Notes: generated from the sequence alone by a model not told the origin. A stretch of 64,000 nucleotides of DNA from Octopus vulgaris (GCA_951406725.2 OX597829.1:3348001-3412000); one strand, 5' to 3'; shown: positions 36,100 to 49,439, numbered from the stretch's first letter. Translations and numbers: made by a program.

Positions 36100-38669
36100 T
36101 AGAAGCAAAGCTCAGGTTTGGTTTTATTCCTGGTAGGATTTTTGTGGGTAGTAGGTTACTACCTGTAATCTGTAATCTTAAACATCTACAGGTTTTCAAG
36201 TCTTTCAAGTGCTTAGAACCCTCATGATAATCCTTGCTGTCCCTAAGAGGCAAATTTTCTCTAGGAGCTCTGCTGGGCATTCCATTTCAATCTCTTTCAG
36301 CCATTTGTCTATATCTTGACTTACTGTTTCAAACACACCAATTTTATAGGCATGATCTTTACTGTTATTATTATTCCGTAGTCTTCTTTTTATTATGTGC
36401 TTTCACTGCACTACTGAGCACATCTCTGTGTGCCTTGGGTATGTGCTGTGGCTTGTTGTGATGCTGTCTTGAAAGTATTTTAAGTAGGATGTGTGCAGTG
36501 CCTAATAGTGCTTTTTACTATATGTTATATATACTTGTTAGTCCTGGTGATTTTGTAATGTAGTTGTCTGAATAGTTTTTGTCAAACCTAATGCAGCTAC
36601 TATGATAGGAATTGTTTCCGTTTTCAGACTCCACATTCGAGTTACTTCTGTTTCCAGATCTTTGTATTTTGAAAGTCTCTTTTAGAGAAATATTGTCATC
36701 TGTTGGTATTGATACGTCAATTAGAAAGCATTTTTTTTCTTCATGATCTCTGACAATTATATCTGGTCTGTTGGCCTTAATTTCTCTATCTGTGTGTATC
36801 GGCATATCCCAGAGTATGGTTGCTTTCTCATATTCTGTGACCTTTTCTGGTGTGTGCCTATACCATCTTTTTTCTGTTATTATTCCATAGTGTTGATATA
36901 GCTTCCAGTGTATGTAGGTCCCAACTCTGTTGTGTCTGTGAATATATTCCTTCTTACCCAGGACTGGGCAGCCAGAGACAATATAATTTATAGCTTCTTG
37001 TCCATCTCCACATATTCTGCAGTTACTTGTATTTCTTTTCGTTACATGTTTTTGGTAATTTCTGGTGGGAAGGTTTTGATCTTGTGCTGCAATTAAAAAT
37101 CCTTCAGTCTCTGCTTTGAGTCCTGAGCTTCTCAGCCATTGCTGGGATTTTGCTTTGTCTATTTCTTTTCTGTTTAGTTTAGGCCAGTATTTGCCTTGAA
37201 GGGGCTTTTCTTGCCATTGTTCCAGTTTTAGTTTGGATTTCAGTTGTTTTACAGCTTTCATTGTTTCTTCTTTTTCTTCGTAGTTGTTAGGTACTATGAC
37301 TTCTTTTTTGTATTTGTCAGCTTCCTTAAAGACAGAAAACGTTTTTTTTTTGTTTTGTTTGTATTTCATGGCTATTTGTATTAGTTTTTGTTGCTTCTGA
37401 AGCTGGTATTTCTGTAATCCTATGGTGGTTATTTTGTAATAGTTTTCTAACCGTGTAAGGCCTTTTGGATGGTGCGGTCTAAATCCTGTCATTATTTTTT
37501 TTTTGTTTCCCTTTCTATTTTGATTAGTTCATTTAGTGTCCAGTTAAGAATATTGTAGCTGTAACTTCTAAATGGGACAGCTAGAGTGTTGATACCTCTT
37601 ATCTTGTTTCTCGCATTAAGCTCTGTTTTCAGTATTAATCTAACTCGTCTATAGTATTCTTCTCTTTCATTTGTGTGTGTTGTATCATATCTAGTTCATT
37701 GATTCCTAAGTATTTGTATGTCTAGCTTTGGTCTAATTCTCTTATTTCATTTGCTTTATCTAGTATGATGTTGGTTCCTCTTAACCTAGTTTTCTTCTTT
37801 TCAAGGTTGCTTTGGAACATGTTTATTTCTTTGGTAAATCCATGTACTGTCTGTAGTAATGTTTCAGATGTTTATCATTTGTAACATACAGTTTTAGGTC
37901 ATCATATATAAGAGGTGGCTGATTGTTTTGCTGTAACAGTTGCATTCACATCCAGTTTTGTTTAGCATGTCAGATAAAGGTGTCAGTGACAAGCAGAAAA
38001 GGAGTGGAGAGTGAAGGTCTCCCCGGAATATTCCTCTTCTAATGGAGATGGCTTTGGTTTTTATGAGTCCATCTTTTGTCTGGAGCTGTAGCACTGTTTG
38101 CCATTTATTCATGGAATTTTTTATATATTTTATGATTATTGGTGCTACCTTGTTCATGGCTAGTGTTTCTAGGATACATGTGTGAGGAATATTGTCAAAA
38201 GCCTTTCGATAGTCGATCCAAGCCGAACTTAGATCCTTCTTCTTTCTGTGCTGTCTTCAGTTATAGGCTTTATTGATCAGTAGCTGATCTTTACTGCTGT
38301 ATGAGCCCTTGCAGCTTCCCTTCTGCTCTTCTGGAAACTGTTATCTTCCAGATGCTTGCTCAATCTCTGCGATATTATTGCAGTAAAGGCTTTGTAAATT
38401 GTAGGGAGACAGGTTATTGGTCTGTAATTTTGTGGGGTTGCCATTTCAGTAGATTTGGGAATTAGGTTAGTTTTCCTTTCTGTCAGCCATTCAGGCATTG
38501 TCTCTGGCTCTGCTACTATTTCATTAAATTTCTCAGTCAGCTTATTATGTGTTCCTGTAAGGTATTTTAACTAGAAGTTGGGGATCTTGTTGTGCCCAGT
38601 TGCCTATCAGTTGCTTAGTATTTGCAGTGCCTGGGTGATCTCTTCAGTTGTTATAGGGGCCCAGAGTTG
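36100..38669 (-). mobile_element. R4/Dong-like non-LTR retrotransposon, decayed, bounded by (TAA)n
   Basis: NYRPITCLPTIYK, WIDYRKAFD, RRGIFRGD..SPLLF, HLLYM, ETEGFLIAAQDQ, CRICG...YIVSGCP...RHN, NRPDIIV...LIDVSIP. (ATT)n lies at both ends. Confidence 0.9.
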
Positions 38670-39599
38670 TATTATTATTATTATTATGTTTTTTCCTTCT
38701 TTCTTCAAATTTTCTTCTGTTTCTCACCGAGTGTTTTCCATACACCTAGGGCAGAGAAGCTCATTGTATGCATTCCCAGATTACACACGCAAATTCACAG
38801 ATAAAATATGTATTTAAAAAATTAATGAATAAATAAATTCATGAATGGATGTTATTTTCACAGTGATAATGCTCTTCTCAGTACATGAGCCGTTCCAGTT
38901 AACACGATTTTTTGCACTTCCTGTAGGGATAGTAAGCCTGTATTATTATTATTATTATTATAGCGGTGTACTGTTAGAATCCTTTATGTGTCAGACACAA
39001 TTCTTCATAGCCTTTCTTCTGCTTCTCTTTACATTCTGAGTTTAAATCTTGCACAGAAATCAGCTTTGCCTTTCATTCATTGAGGGAGGTCAATAAAATA
39101 AGTACCAGTCAAGTACTGGAGTTAAAACAATCCACAACCTCTTCCCACTAAAGCTGTTGGACTTGTGCTGAAATTTGAAACAATTGTTGTTGTTGTTGTT
39201 GTTGTTGTCATCGTCATCACCACAACCGCTGCCACTGCCACCACTACCATGGTAGCATTCATTTTGCTTTTTCTGGTTAGATTTATTGAAAAGCTGACAA
39301 AGATTCTAAAGATGTATTTTGTCAGTTCAGAATTGCCCCCTAAGGAAGTTCTTTCATAGATGAGAGCTGCTGCAATTGTGGACAAATCATTATTTTTCTG
39401 CTTTTAGGAAAAAACAAAACAAGAAGAAAACCAGATGAAAGAAAATCAATCATAATGTTCAGAGTGGTAGGAGACAAAGGCTAGCATCTAGAATTGTCCG
39501 ATTTGAGAACAAACAGAAATGCTGTCACCATGACAACAAAAGATTTTGACATCATTGTCACACCATTTTCTAGTAATACTTTGACATCACTGCAAGACA

Positions 39600-39785
39600 A
39601 TAAAAACAATTGTAGAACCTACAGCAGCAGCAACAACAACAGTAATCACCTCTACAACAACAACAAAAACAGCAACAACAACAATAACAACAACAACAAC
39701 AACAAAAACAACAACAACAACAACAACAAAAACAGCAACAACAACATGAAGGACAATAATAACGAAGCTACCAATAGCAACAGCA
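39600..39785. repeat. (AAC)n tract
   Basis: Read directly from the sequence. Confidence 0.9.
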
Positions 39786-41168
39786 CGCATGCATTATTAT
39801 TTTTTTCAAAAGGAAAAGATTTTCCAGCTCTTCAAGTCTCAAATGGTATTGGAATAAATAAATGGTAATGGAATAAATAAATGCAACACTAATGTCAACA
39901 CCATTTAGGCAACAGGTTGGCCAAACAATATAAAAGTAACCACAGCTACCACCAGCACCAGCACCATTACCACCAACACCACCACTACCACAATTCCTCT
40001 GAGGTAGTCAACACTATCAGCACCAGTAAAAATATCAACAAAAAGAACAATAGTAAAACAGCTGCAATGATGAAATTTTCACAAAAATTATGGCAAATTG
40101 ACCATTTCACAGACTGAAGGTTTTTGTAAAATAGTTTAACCATATTGAAAATATATAGTTTTAGTTAGCAGAAGGAAGAACAGTCAATAAATTGAAACAG
40201 ATTTACAGCAGAATTACGTGTTTCACTGATTGAAGATTTTAGTAAATCTGTTGCTAATTTTATTACTTTTTTTCTTTCTTCCAGTTTTCCACCTTTATTT
40301 TTTTCCCTTTTATCACACAATCTGTTGTTGTTGCATTTAAAAGTAGAATATTCATGGCCCAGTTTTTTTTTCAATAGTATGCAAAGAACAATTAAACTTT
40401 GACCAAAAATAAAATGCAGACCTTATTTTCTTTACATTGCATATGTGAGTTTAATGAATAAATTGAATAAATGCAGTTTTTTAATTTTTTATTTAAAAAA
40501 AAAATTACTTGAAAATCATTTTCACATGAGGACAACATATGATGGACAGAGAAACACAACTTTTATCATGGGTTGGACGGTTCGACCGGGGTCTGGTAAG
40601 CCAGGAGGCTGCACCAGGCTCCAGTCTGATCTGGCAGTGTTTCTACAGCTGGTTGCCTTTCCTAATGCCAACCACTCCATGAGTGTAGTGGGTGCTTTTT
40701 ACGTGCCACTGGCACAGATGCCAGGTGAGGCTGGCAAAGCCAGGCAAGAGTATAAATTATTAATATCACTACTAATTATAGCAATAATAGTATTGCCACT
40801 CACTTTTCAATAAAGTGAGTAACCATGTCACTCTTCCGCAGCAAGAAACCTATGAGACCTTTCTTTCATACTTTTAACCTCTCATCTCCAAGTATAAAGC
40901 AACCTTATTCTCTACTCAGTCAAGGGGAACCTACTCAGCCCTACTCAGTGAAGGGGAACCTTAGTTTTATATTCTGCATAGAGTCACAAAAAGAGGAACA
41001 AATACATACTATAAAATAATTGATATCAGGAAGGCATCAGCTTGTAGAAACTTTGCCAAAGCAGACGTTGGAGCACGATGAAATCATTGAACACATCATA
41101 TCCTGTCAAAACCATCCAACCCATGCTAGCATGGAAGATGGATGTTAAAAGATGCTGTTGCTGCTGCT

Positions 41169-41537
41169 TTGTTTGTTTGTTGAGCGAAGCAGTCTTCTTC
41201 CTCTTGGGAGATGTCCGAAACGTGGTCCTTTGCTATTCGTAAGACCCACAGAAGAGAGAAAGCAGGTCAACCCCCAACACCGAGAGCATCAACGGATGGA
41301 TGAATGCGCATCCAGGCTCAGCGGTTGCGTAGGAAGTCAGGGACAAGAAACAGGAAGAAAGAGTGAGAGAAAGTTGGAGCGAAAGAGTACAACAGGGGTC
41401 GCCACCACCCCCTGCCAAAGCCTCATGGAGCTTTAGGTGCTTTCGATCAATAAACACACACAACGCCTGGTCTGGGAATCGAAGCCGCGATCCTCCGACC
41501 GCGAGTCCGCTGCCCTAACCGCTGGACCATTGCGCCT
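41169..41537 (-). mobile_element. tRNA-derived SINE family D, second copy
   Basis: Collinear with 34866-35250. Confidence 0.85.
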
Positions 41538-41716
41538 GCTGCTGCTGCAGATGATGATGATGATGATAACGACAACAATGATGATATGTATGCACAAGAC
41601 AAGATCTGCACAGGGGATTGGTTAACTTGAGACTATAGAAGATTTTTGCCTGGAGGTACAAAGAAGCTTTAATTCTAAACTCTCTGAAGTTGCAAAGTTA
41701 ACTTTTTATTCACACA

Positions 41717-41956
41717 TCATCATCATCATCATCGTTTAACGTCCGCTTTCCATGCTAGCATGGGTTGGATGATTTGACTGAGAACTGGCGAACCAGACTC
41801 CAGTCTGATCTGGCAGAGTTTCTACAGCTGGATGTCCTTCCTAACGCCAAGCACTCCGAGAGTGTAGTGGGTGCTTTTACGTGCCACCGGCACGAGGGCC
41901 AGTTTGGTGGTACTGGCAACGGCCACGCCCAAATGGTGCTTTTTATGTGCCATCCA
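41717..41956 (-). mobile_element. RTE family A 3' UTR/tail
   Basis: (CAT)n tail, palindrome and UTR match. Further fragments at 40565-40745 (-) and 41025-41155 (+). Confidence 0.85.
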
Positions 41957-42737
41957 TAGCAATAAATTTATTATTAGTAACTAATTCTCAGAACGTCAAT
42001 CAAATAGCCAAGGTAGCCCTTGCACTAAATCTCATTTATTCTGTTTAAAAACAAAAATAACACAATGCCTTGTTTTAGTGAGACATGTTTCTCCTGTTAT
42101 AGTATGTTTGTTATTATGAGGTGTCTGTTGAGCAAGATTGATAATGCATCTGCATAAGTATGCACAGGTGTGAAAAGAAGGTTTACAGAAAGACTAACTG
42201 TTGTTCTTGCATGCAAGTTTCTCCTTTCCATGTCATCAATATTTATCCAAGAGAAATGCTGCCAACTTAGACCATTAGAGCTTGGCACCAGTTTCATCGT
42301 AGATATCAGTGTCAAAATACAAAGAGGAAGAACAGATACCACAAGGCATCTTACCCAATTCTCAAACAAGTCTTGGATTGGAATTTTCTTGATAGATTCT
42401 GAGAGAATGAAAGACAAAGTTGACCACAGAGGGATTGGAATTCAAAGAGTAGAGGTTTGGAACAAATACCTCAAAGCATTCTATCCAATATGCTAATGAT
42501 TTGGCCAATTGAAGAGGAGAAGCAGAACAATAACAAGGAAGGTAAAAAATGTGAAAGATGACCTTTCCATAAGAGCTTGATTTTATACAGCTAACAAAAA
42601 GTTATTTAGTTAGCTTAATGTAATTATGTTAATTGCATCCACACACACACACACACAAACGCACACACACATACTCACACACACGCATAATGTGAGCATA
42701 TATATATATATACATATATATATTTATATATATAATT

Positions 42738-43542
42738 AACAGAGGAATTCAAGACAGGGTGCCCCTGGGAACTCCTCTATATTGACGACCTTGTTCTAAT
42801 TGCTGAGTCAATATCAGAACTAGAGAAGAAGTTTCAGGTGTGGAAACAAGGATTAGAATTGAAGGTCCTTAGAATAACCTAGCTAAAACCAAAGTTCTAA
42901 TAAGTAGGAAGGCAAGCAAACCACAAATCCCTTCAGGTAGATGGCGCTGCTCGATCTGTAGAAAAGGTGTAGGTAGAAACTCTATAACATGCACCAAGTG
43001 CAAGCTATGGACACATAAGAGGTGGAGCAATATCAAAAGAAGGCTAACTGGGAAGATAGTTTTTGTATGTCGCAGATGCTCAGGAGCAATAAACACTGAA
43101 AATGTGCAGAGAACAACTTCCGCCACATTCCAGGGAGAAAAACTAGAAATAGTTGATAGCTTCCGTTACCTAGGTGCCCAAGTCAGTAGCAGGGGAGGGT
43201 GCACTGAAAGTGTAGCTGCTAGAATAAGAATAGCGTGGGCAAAGTTCAGAGAGCTCTTACCTCTGCTGGTGACAAAGGGCCTCTCGCTCAGAGTAAAAGG
43301 TGGACTGTATGACGCATGTGTATGAACAGCCATGCTACATGGCAGTGAAACATGGGCTGTGACTGCTGAGGATATGCGTAAGCTTGCAAGAAATGAAGCC
43401 AGTATGCTTCGATGGATGTTTAATGTCAGTGTACATACTCGACAGAGTTTAAGTACTTTGAAAGAAAAGTTGGATTTAAGAAGCATCAGATATGGTGTGC
43501 AAGAGAGATGACTGTGCTGGTATGGTCATGTGGTGAGAATGA
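42738..43542 (+). mobile_element. RTE family A internal fragment (RT C-terminal half)
   Basis: GCPWELLYIDD, FRYLG, RIRIAWAKFREL and WYGHVVRM; cut at both ends. Confidence 0.9.
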
Positions 43543-43656
43543 TTAATTGATCCTCCTATATTTTCTTTTACTCCAAGCCAGGAACATTTCAACCTGTACC
43601 TAATATATATACATATAATGTAGTGAATATTTTAGAAATAGATGTTAAAATTTTAT

Positions 43657-43718
43657 TTTCAACTGAAGATCCCAGAGTATGTTGGTCATACAGAGAGTGA
43701 AATCACTTGGTATTGAAA
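43657..43718 (+). ncRNA. Type I hammerhead ribozyme candidate with intact core
   Basis: TTTCAA-CTGAAGA-[stem II containing GTATG/CATAC]-GAAA-TC-actt-GG-TA-TTGAAA. Stem I is a perfect 6-bp TTTCAA/TTGAAA; GUA cleavage triplet. Confidence 0.7.
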
Positions 43719-43895
43719 TATACATTACTTACTGATGTAATCAACGCAAAGGTAAGCCTATTTCTCATATGTTCATTCCATTGCTTGTATGTATTTTTAC
43801 TGTGAGTTTCTGGTGGTTTTGGAGCCTTTTAGGAAGTGGTATTATATACCCTACTGAATCTAAATTTAGCTTATATATATATATATATATATATA

Positions 43896-45180
43896 TCAGG
43901 TTGAGTAAAATGTAAGCAACATTTTGAAACATGAAATTCGTCACAATATATTTCAACCATGTGGAAATTTTATTCATGAAAGTAAGTACCATTACAATCA
44001 ACACATTTTTTCAAACGAGATACAAGTTTGTTTATTCCGGTAACATAAAAATCTGAAGTTCTGGAGCGGATGAACTCTTTGAATGCACTCTCAGCATCAG
44101 TTTGATTTTCGAAATCTTTCTCTCGCAGGAAACCATTAAGGTACTTGAAAATGTGGTAGTCGGTAGGAGAAAGGTCGGGGGAATAAGCTGGGTGGGGAAG
44201 AACTTCGTAGCGAAGTTTCCTCAAATTCTGGAGCATCATTAGTGAAACGTATGGTTGAGCATTGTCATGAAGAATGATAGGCCCTCTTCCATTGACCAGT
44301 CTGGGATGGAGGAGTATCAGTTTTTCATTCATTTTGGCAATTTCATGGCAATATGTTTCTGCAGTAATGGTTTTTCTGGGTTTTAAGAAGTTATAGTGGA
44401 TAAGTCCAGCAGTACACTACCAAACAGTCACCATAACCTTCTCTTTGAAGAGCTCATGTTTAGGAAAGTTTTCGGTGCTTCATTCTAGTCCAACCACTAC
44501 GAAGAATGTTTTATATTATCGTACAGTATCCACTTTTTATCACAAGTTACAATACAGTTGAGAAATGGATCGGTCTGGTTACAGAGAAGAAGCAACACCA
44601 AATTTCATATCTGTGCATTTTCTGATTTTCATTCAAATTGTGTGGTACCTGTTTGTTGAGATATTTTGATTTTCTGATTGCATGCAAATGGTTGTAGACA
44701 GTTTTCTGGCTAACTTGAAGTTCTTTCACCAGGTTTCAAGTGGTTTTATGTGGATGTTTCTCAACGATGGTCTTTAATTGACCATCATCAATAACAGATG
44801 GGCGTCCACTATGCTCATGATCTTCAAGGCTCAGGTCTCCACTGTGAAATCATTTAAACCATTTTTAAGCTCACCACTCACTGGTCATTTCCTCACCAAA
44901 TGTTTCGTTGATATTGCGAGCACTTTCAGCTGCTTTATGTTCTTTTTTGAAGTTGAATAGCAAAATTGCTTGAATATCGCACTTTGACAGTTCCTTTTCA
45001 GTTGATTGTAACAATGGTGAAAAAAATATCAATGTTAATTTATTGATGCATTTAGGCAAAGCTTTGTCTGTATTATCAGACAATTGCAAAAAAAAACATT
45101 AAAAAAAATTCAAAACTCTGCACAAATCCAGTACAAATTCTTCATGGTTCAAAATGTTGCTTACTTTTTACTCAATCTGA
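43896..45180 (-). mobile_element. Full-length mariner (DD34D) element, decayed ORF
   Basis: TIRs TCAGGTTGAGTAAAATGTAAGCAACATTTTGAA / TTCAAAATGTTGCTTACTTTTTACTCAATCTGA with TA flanks, 1285 bp. LHDNAQPY...HPAYSPDLSPTDY has 34-aa spacing; N-terminal HKAAESARNINETFG. Confidence 0.95.
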
Positions 45181-45184
45181 TATA

Positions 45185-46452
45185 CAAGGGTGCAAGGGGT
45201 ATTTGAGGAGAGCTTTGGTATGCAATAAAACAACTATATTTCAGCATAAATAAATATGTATTTGAATAAACATTTGTGCAATTAGGTTAATAATGATTTT
45301 TTAAGCAAATTATTCTATGAAATTGCCTTTGGCTTTGATGACTGCTTCAATGCGGAACTGAAACTGCTGGCTTGCTGAGACTATATGGTCCTTTTTCATT
45401 TTGGACACCACTTGGACAATGGTGACCTTCAGTGAAGTTATGGTAGTGTGAGGACGATGATTAGTCTCCCTTTCAACTGCACTCTACACATATTAGTCCA
45501 TGGGGTTCAAATCTGGCGAGTTTGGAGGCCACATATTGGGTGTTACGTAATCATAAAAATTGTTTAACAACCATTCTTGGGTGACTACGGCTTTGTGAGA
45601 AGATGCAGAGTCTTGTTGAAACACGTATGACCTTCCATTGCAAACTTCATCAAAGCAGGGTTTGATAACAGTTTCCAGTACCTCAATGTATCCAGCAGCA
45701 TTAATTCTAAGACTCTGTGGAAAAAAGTGGGGAGGTATCACATGACCATCACTACTCACCACTCCTAAAACCATCACAGGTGCTGGAAAATTTGTGTGCA
45801 TCACTCTGGGTATTTCAGAAGGATCTGCACATAACCACCTGTCATTTTTTCTGTTAGATTTTTGGTTTTGGTCAAAGTCTTTTTTTTTTGTCAGAGAAAA
45901 ACCAAAGCATGCCTTGTTCACGAGGGTTTTTCACTCTGTTAAGTAACCATTTTGAATGAATGAGACAGTTTTCCCGTGTCGTTGCAGACATGAATTGGCC
46001 TTTCCTCGTTACATAGGACTTGTATCGAATGTCATGATGTACCACAGTTCTAATAGTTCACTCTGACACCTGAAGCTCTTTAGCAATGGACCTCATTGAT
46101 CTACTGGGGTTTTCATTGATAATGTTTTGAACATGTATAAATTCCAGTATCCTTTTAGAATCTGAACATTATGAATGTTTTATTCTCTTTGATACACGTG
46201 AAACACTACCATCACATGCCTCCAATTCCAACTGAACTTTGTGTACAAAAGATCTTGCAACATTTAGAAAGTTGCTAATTTCTAAATCACTGTGGTTTGC
46301 ATGTATAGAAAGTATGACTGTATGTCTTTTCATTTCTTGAGTTAGCATGATAACTTGAAAAGGTTATCTGAAACCCCAAAATTGATACATTTATTAATTT
46401 GAAAGTGGAAGAAACTAAAATCGAAATGTCCTCAAATACTCTACACACCCTG
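45185..46452 (-). mobile_element. Full-length maT-type (DD37D) element, decayed ORF
   Basis: TIRs CAAGGGTGCAAGGGGTATTTGAGGA / TCCTCAAATACTCTACACACCCTG with TA flanks. FQQDSASSH...WPPNSPDLNPMD has 37-aa spacing. Confidence 0.93.
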
Positions 46453-47062
46453 TATATATATATATATATATATATATCTAATATAATTAATGTGGAAACT
46501 AATTTGTGTGTCAGTGTGTCACACTTAAACCCCACCTCTCTCACTATTCAATGACATTCTTACTATTCCTCATGATGGGGTGATAGTAATAGTAGGCAGA
46601 ATCATGGTGAGGGCAGTGGCAAAAACAGAGAAAGAGTGAGGGAGAGAGAGAGTGATAAAGAAAAAGAGAGGGAAAGAAAGAGAAACAAAGAAATTTACAG
46701 AGCGTTGATGTTTTATTAAAAGTAGTAGTGTTGATGGTGGCAGTGGGAGTAATAATAAAAGAGGGGGAAAGAGTGGGTATGTGAGAGAAAGAGGGAGATG
46801 ATGTACAACTTTATTAAGTCATGTCTCTTTGACAGAAATTACTATCATTTTAGTGACGACTGCACCACATCCTTTTTTTATTATATTCCCCATCCCAAAA
46901 GAGCTCTTTACAATGGTAAAGAACTAAATAAATAAATAAATAAATGGTAAAAAAACATTCCAAATTAAAAAGAAATCCCTCCCCCTCCCTGTCTACCTGT
47001 CTATCTATCTATTTGTCTATCTATCAACCTATCGTCTACCTACCTACCTACCTACCCATCCA

Positions 47063-47661
47063 CATCATTTAATATCCCTTGTCCATGATAGCATGGGTTG
47101 GACAGTTTGATCAGGGCTGGTAAGCTGAGGGGCTGCACCAGACTCCCGTCTGATTTGGTATGGTTTCTATGGTTTGATGCCCTTCCAAATGCTAACTACT
47201 CTGAGAGTGTAATGGGTACTTTTGTGTGCCACAGGCGTGAGTGCCATTTGTGTGACACCAATATCTTCCACAACTACGATTTCACTTGGCCTGATGGCTC
47301 TTCTTCTCAAGCACAGCATATTGACAAAAATTTCAATCATCTGTCATTGCCTCCTTGAGGCCCAACATTCAAATGTAGCCTGGTTCCCTCCTCATTGTGG
47401 GAACCAAAACCGTAGCATCCATGTATGCTATGGAAGCTCCCTGTATGTAGTCCAACGTGTCCATTGAAGTCACCAGCCACAAAGAGAAGGTCCTTGTCAT
47501 TCGTTAACACAGTAGTCTGCAAGAGGGTGTCATAGAATCGGTCTTTCTGTCCATTGGGTAGCCTCAGCTGAGGGGCATAGGCCGAGATAATGGTTGCTAA
47601 CCTATGATGAAGCACTAATCTAATCTTAAGTATTCTGTCACATACTCTGACTACCTTGATT

Positions 47662-47665
<4 letters not shown>
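47063..47665 (-). mobile_element. Internally deleted RTE LINE (APE fragment joined to ORF end and 3' UTR)
   Basis: ISAYAPQ...FVAGDFNGHVG...GFGSHNEEG followed directly by the family A-like ORF end and UTR. Confidence 0.8.
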
Positions 47666-47741
<76 letters not shown>

Positions 47742-47742
<1 letters not shown>

Positions 47743-48418
47743 TAGCAGCTAAACCCGGTTTCACCCGGATGGTTTGGATGATGTAACTGTAAAACCTGCT
47801 CTGTGTAAGTATTTGACTTGTTTGGGCATACTTACATTAAAAATCAATTTTAGAATGACTTTTTTTGTCAAAACGCTAAATATAACTGACCAACAACAAA
47901 AAAAAGAAACAATCATGATTCAACCAAATCAAAAAATAAACCCAAATGTTAGGCAAACAAAGATGAACCATCCCACTTCCCCTGCACGTGCACATGCACT
48001 CACACACACATTCACATACCCCCCTTTTACATACACACACACATATATTCACACAGAGTTGAAATGCTGTTTGATTTTCTTTTCAGCATGCAACTTTCAT
48101 CATCCTACTACCAAGTATGACATCTCCCTTTCCTTCCTTTTTCATCTATCACCCCTTCCTTTCATCATCCTACTACCAAGTATGACATCACCCCCTTCTT
48201 TCCTTATTCCTCTATCACCCCTTCCTTTCTCATTCATAAACACAAGAGTATTATTATAGTAGATTATCTCGGTAACCATGGGAGCTATGAAAAAATACAA
48301 AGCCCAGCATCACCACCAGATCATTCTACACATCTGTGTAATTTTTCGCACAATCCCACCCAGCCATTTGACCGTGAATGCCAAGACAAGAAAGAATCAC
48401 CCATGTCAAATTTATATG

Positions 48419-48420
<2 letters not shown>
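47742..48420 (-). mobile_element. Non-autonomous Helitron-like element
   Basis: Minus-strand 3' end CCGG-GTGAAA-CCGG hairpin followed by ...GCTG-CTAG|T. TC-type start TCTACTATAATAA near 48261; internal ~63-bp tandem duplication. Confidence 0.7.
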
Positions 48421-48488
<68 letters not shown>

Positions 48489-48494
48489 CCAATC

Positions 48495-48850
48495 CTATGA
48501 CTGGCACCCGGCAGATGCCAGGACCCCTGGACTGGTGGTATGTAAAATGCACTATCCGAATCGTGGCCGATGCCAGTGCCACCCCGACTGGCTTCCGTGC
48601 CGGTGGCACGTAAATTGCACCAATCCGACCGTGGCCGTTTCCAGCCTCCCCTGGCACCTGTGCGGGTGGCACGTAAAAAGCACCCACTACACTCACGGAG
48701 TGGTTGGCGTTAGGAAGGGCATCCAGCTGTAGAAACATTGCCAGATAAGACTGGAGCCTGGTGCAGCCTTCTGGCTTCCCAGATCCCCGGTTGAACCGTC
48801 CAACCCATGGAGAATGGACGTTAAACGACGATGATGATGATGATGATGAT
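48495..48850 (+). mobile_element. RTE family A 3' UTR/tail
   Basis: Tandem UTR units and (GAT)n tail. Confidence 0.85.
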
Positions 48851-49439
48851 ATATATACATGTGTGTGTGTCTGAGTTTGTCCCACCCTTTGCTTGACAAC
48901 TGAAAGTCCTGGGGTCGATTTCTTCAACTAAAGGCAATGCTCCAGCATGGTCGCAGTCAGATGACTGAAACAAATAAAAGAGAGGAATATATATATATAT
49001 ATAAACACATATTCTCACACATAGGCATACACTCACGCAATATACAAATTTGGAAATAATATTTATGAATCGTAAATATACTATCATTCTGTTTTTGGTC
49101 TAGTTTGGGATAGAAAAAATAATTGATGAATGGCACAAAATAAAAATCTAAAAAAAATATAGAAGAAAAACAGGTAAGTGATAAATGATGTAAATTGTAA
49201 AGGACATAGTATGACAGGAAAGTTGGTTACTTGGGTATGTAGGCCAATGGTCATGAATGTCAGGTAATGACTGAATGAGTACAATTGTAAACACAAGTGA
49301 CTGAGCTGGTATTCCTCTGAAGAGTCTCAGGATTAATAGTACTCAACAAGGTGCTTTACTCAGAGGTCAGGGAGGCTCTCCAGATCAAGCCACTACTGCT
49401 TTGCATTGAGAAGTTACAACTCTGGTGACATAACATTGA

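Noticed and set aside
39494-39868. Poly-Asn ORF
   Set aside because: An (AAC)n microsatellite with no recognisable domain.
43970-45089. SETMAR-like host gene
   Set aside because: No SET domain; bounded by TIRs and broken by stops and frameshifts, so a mariner fossil.
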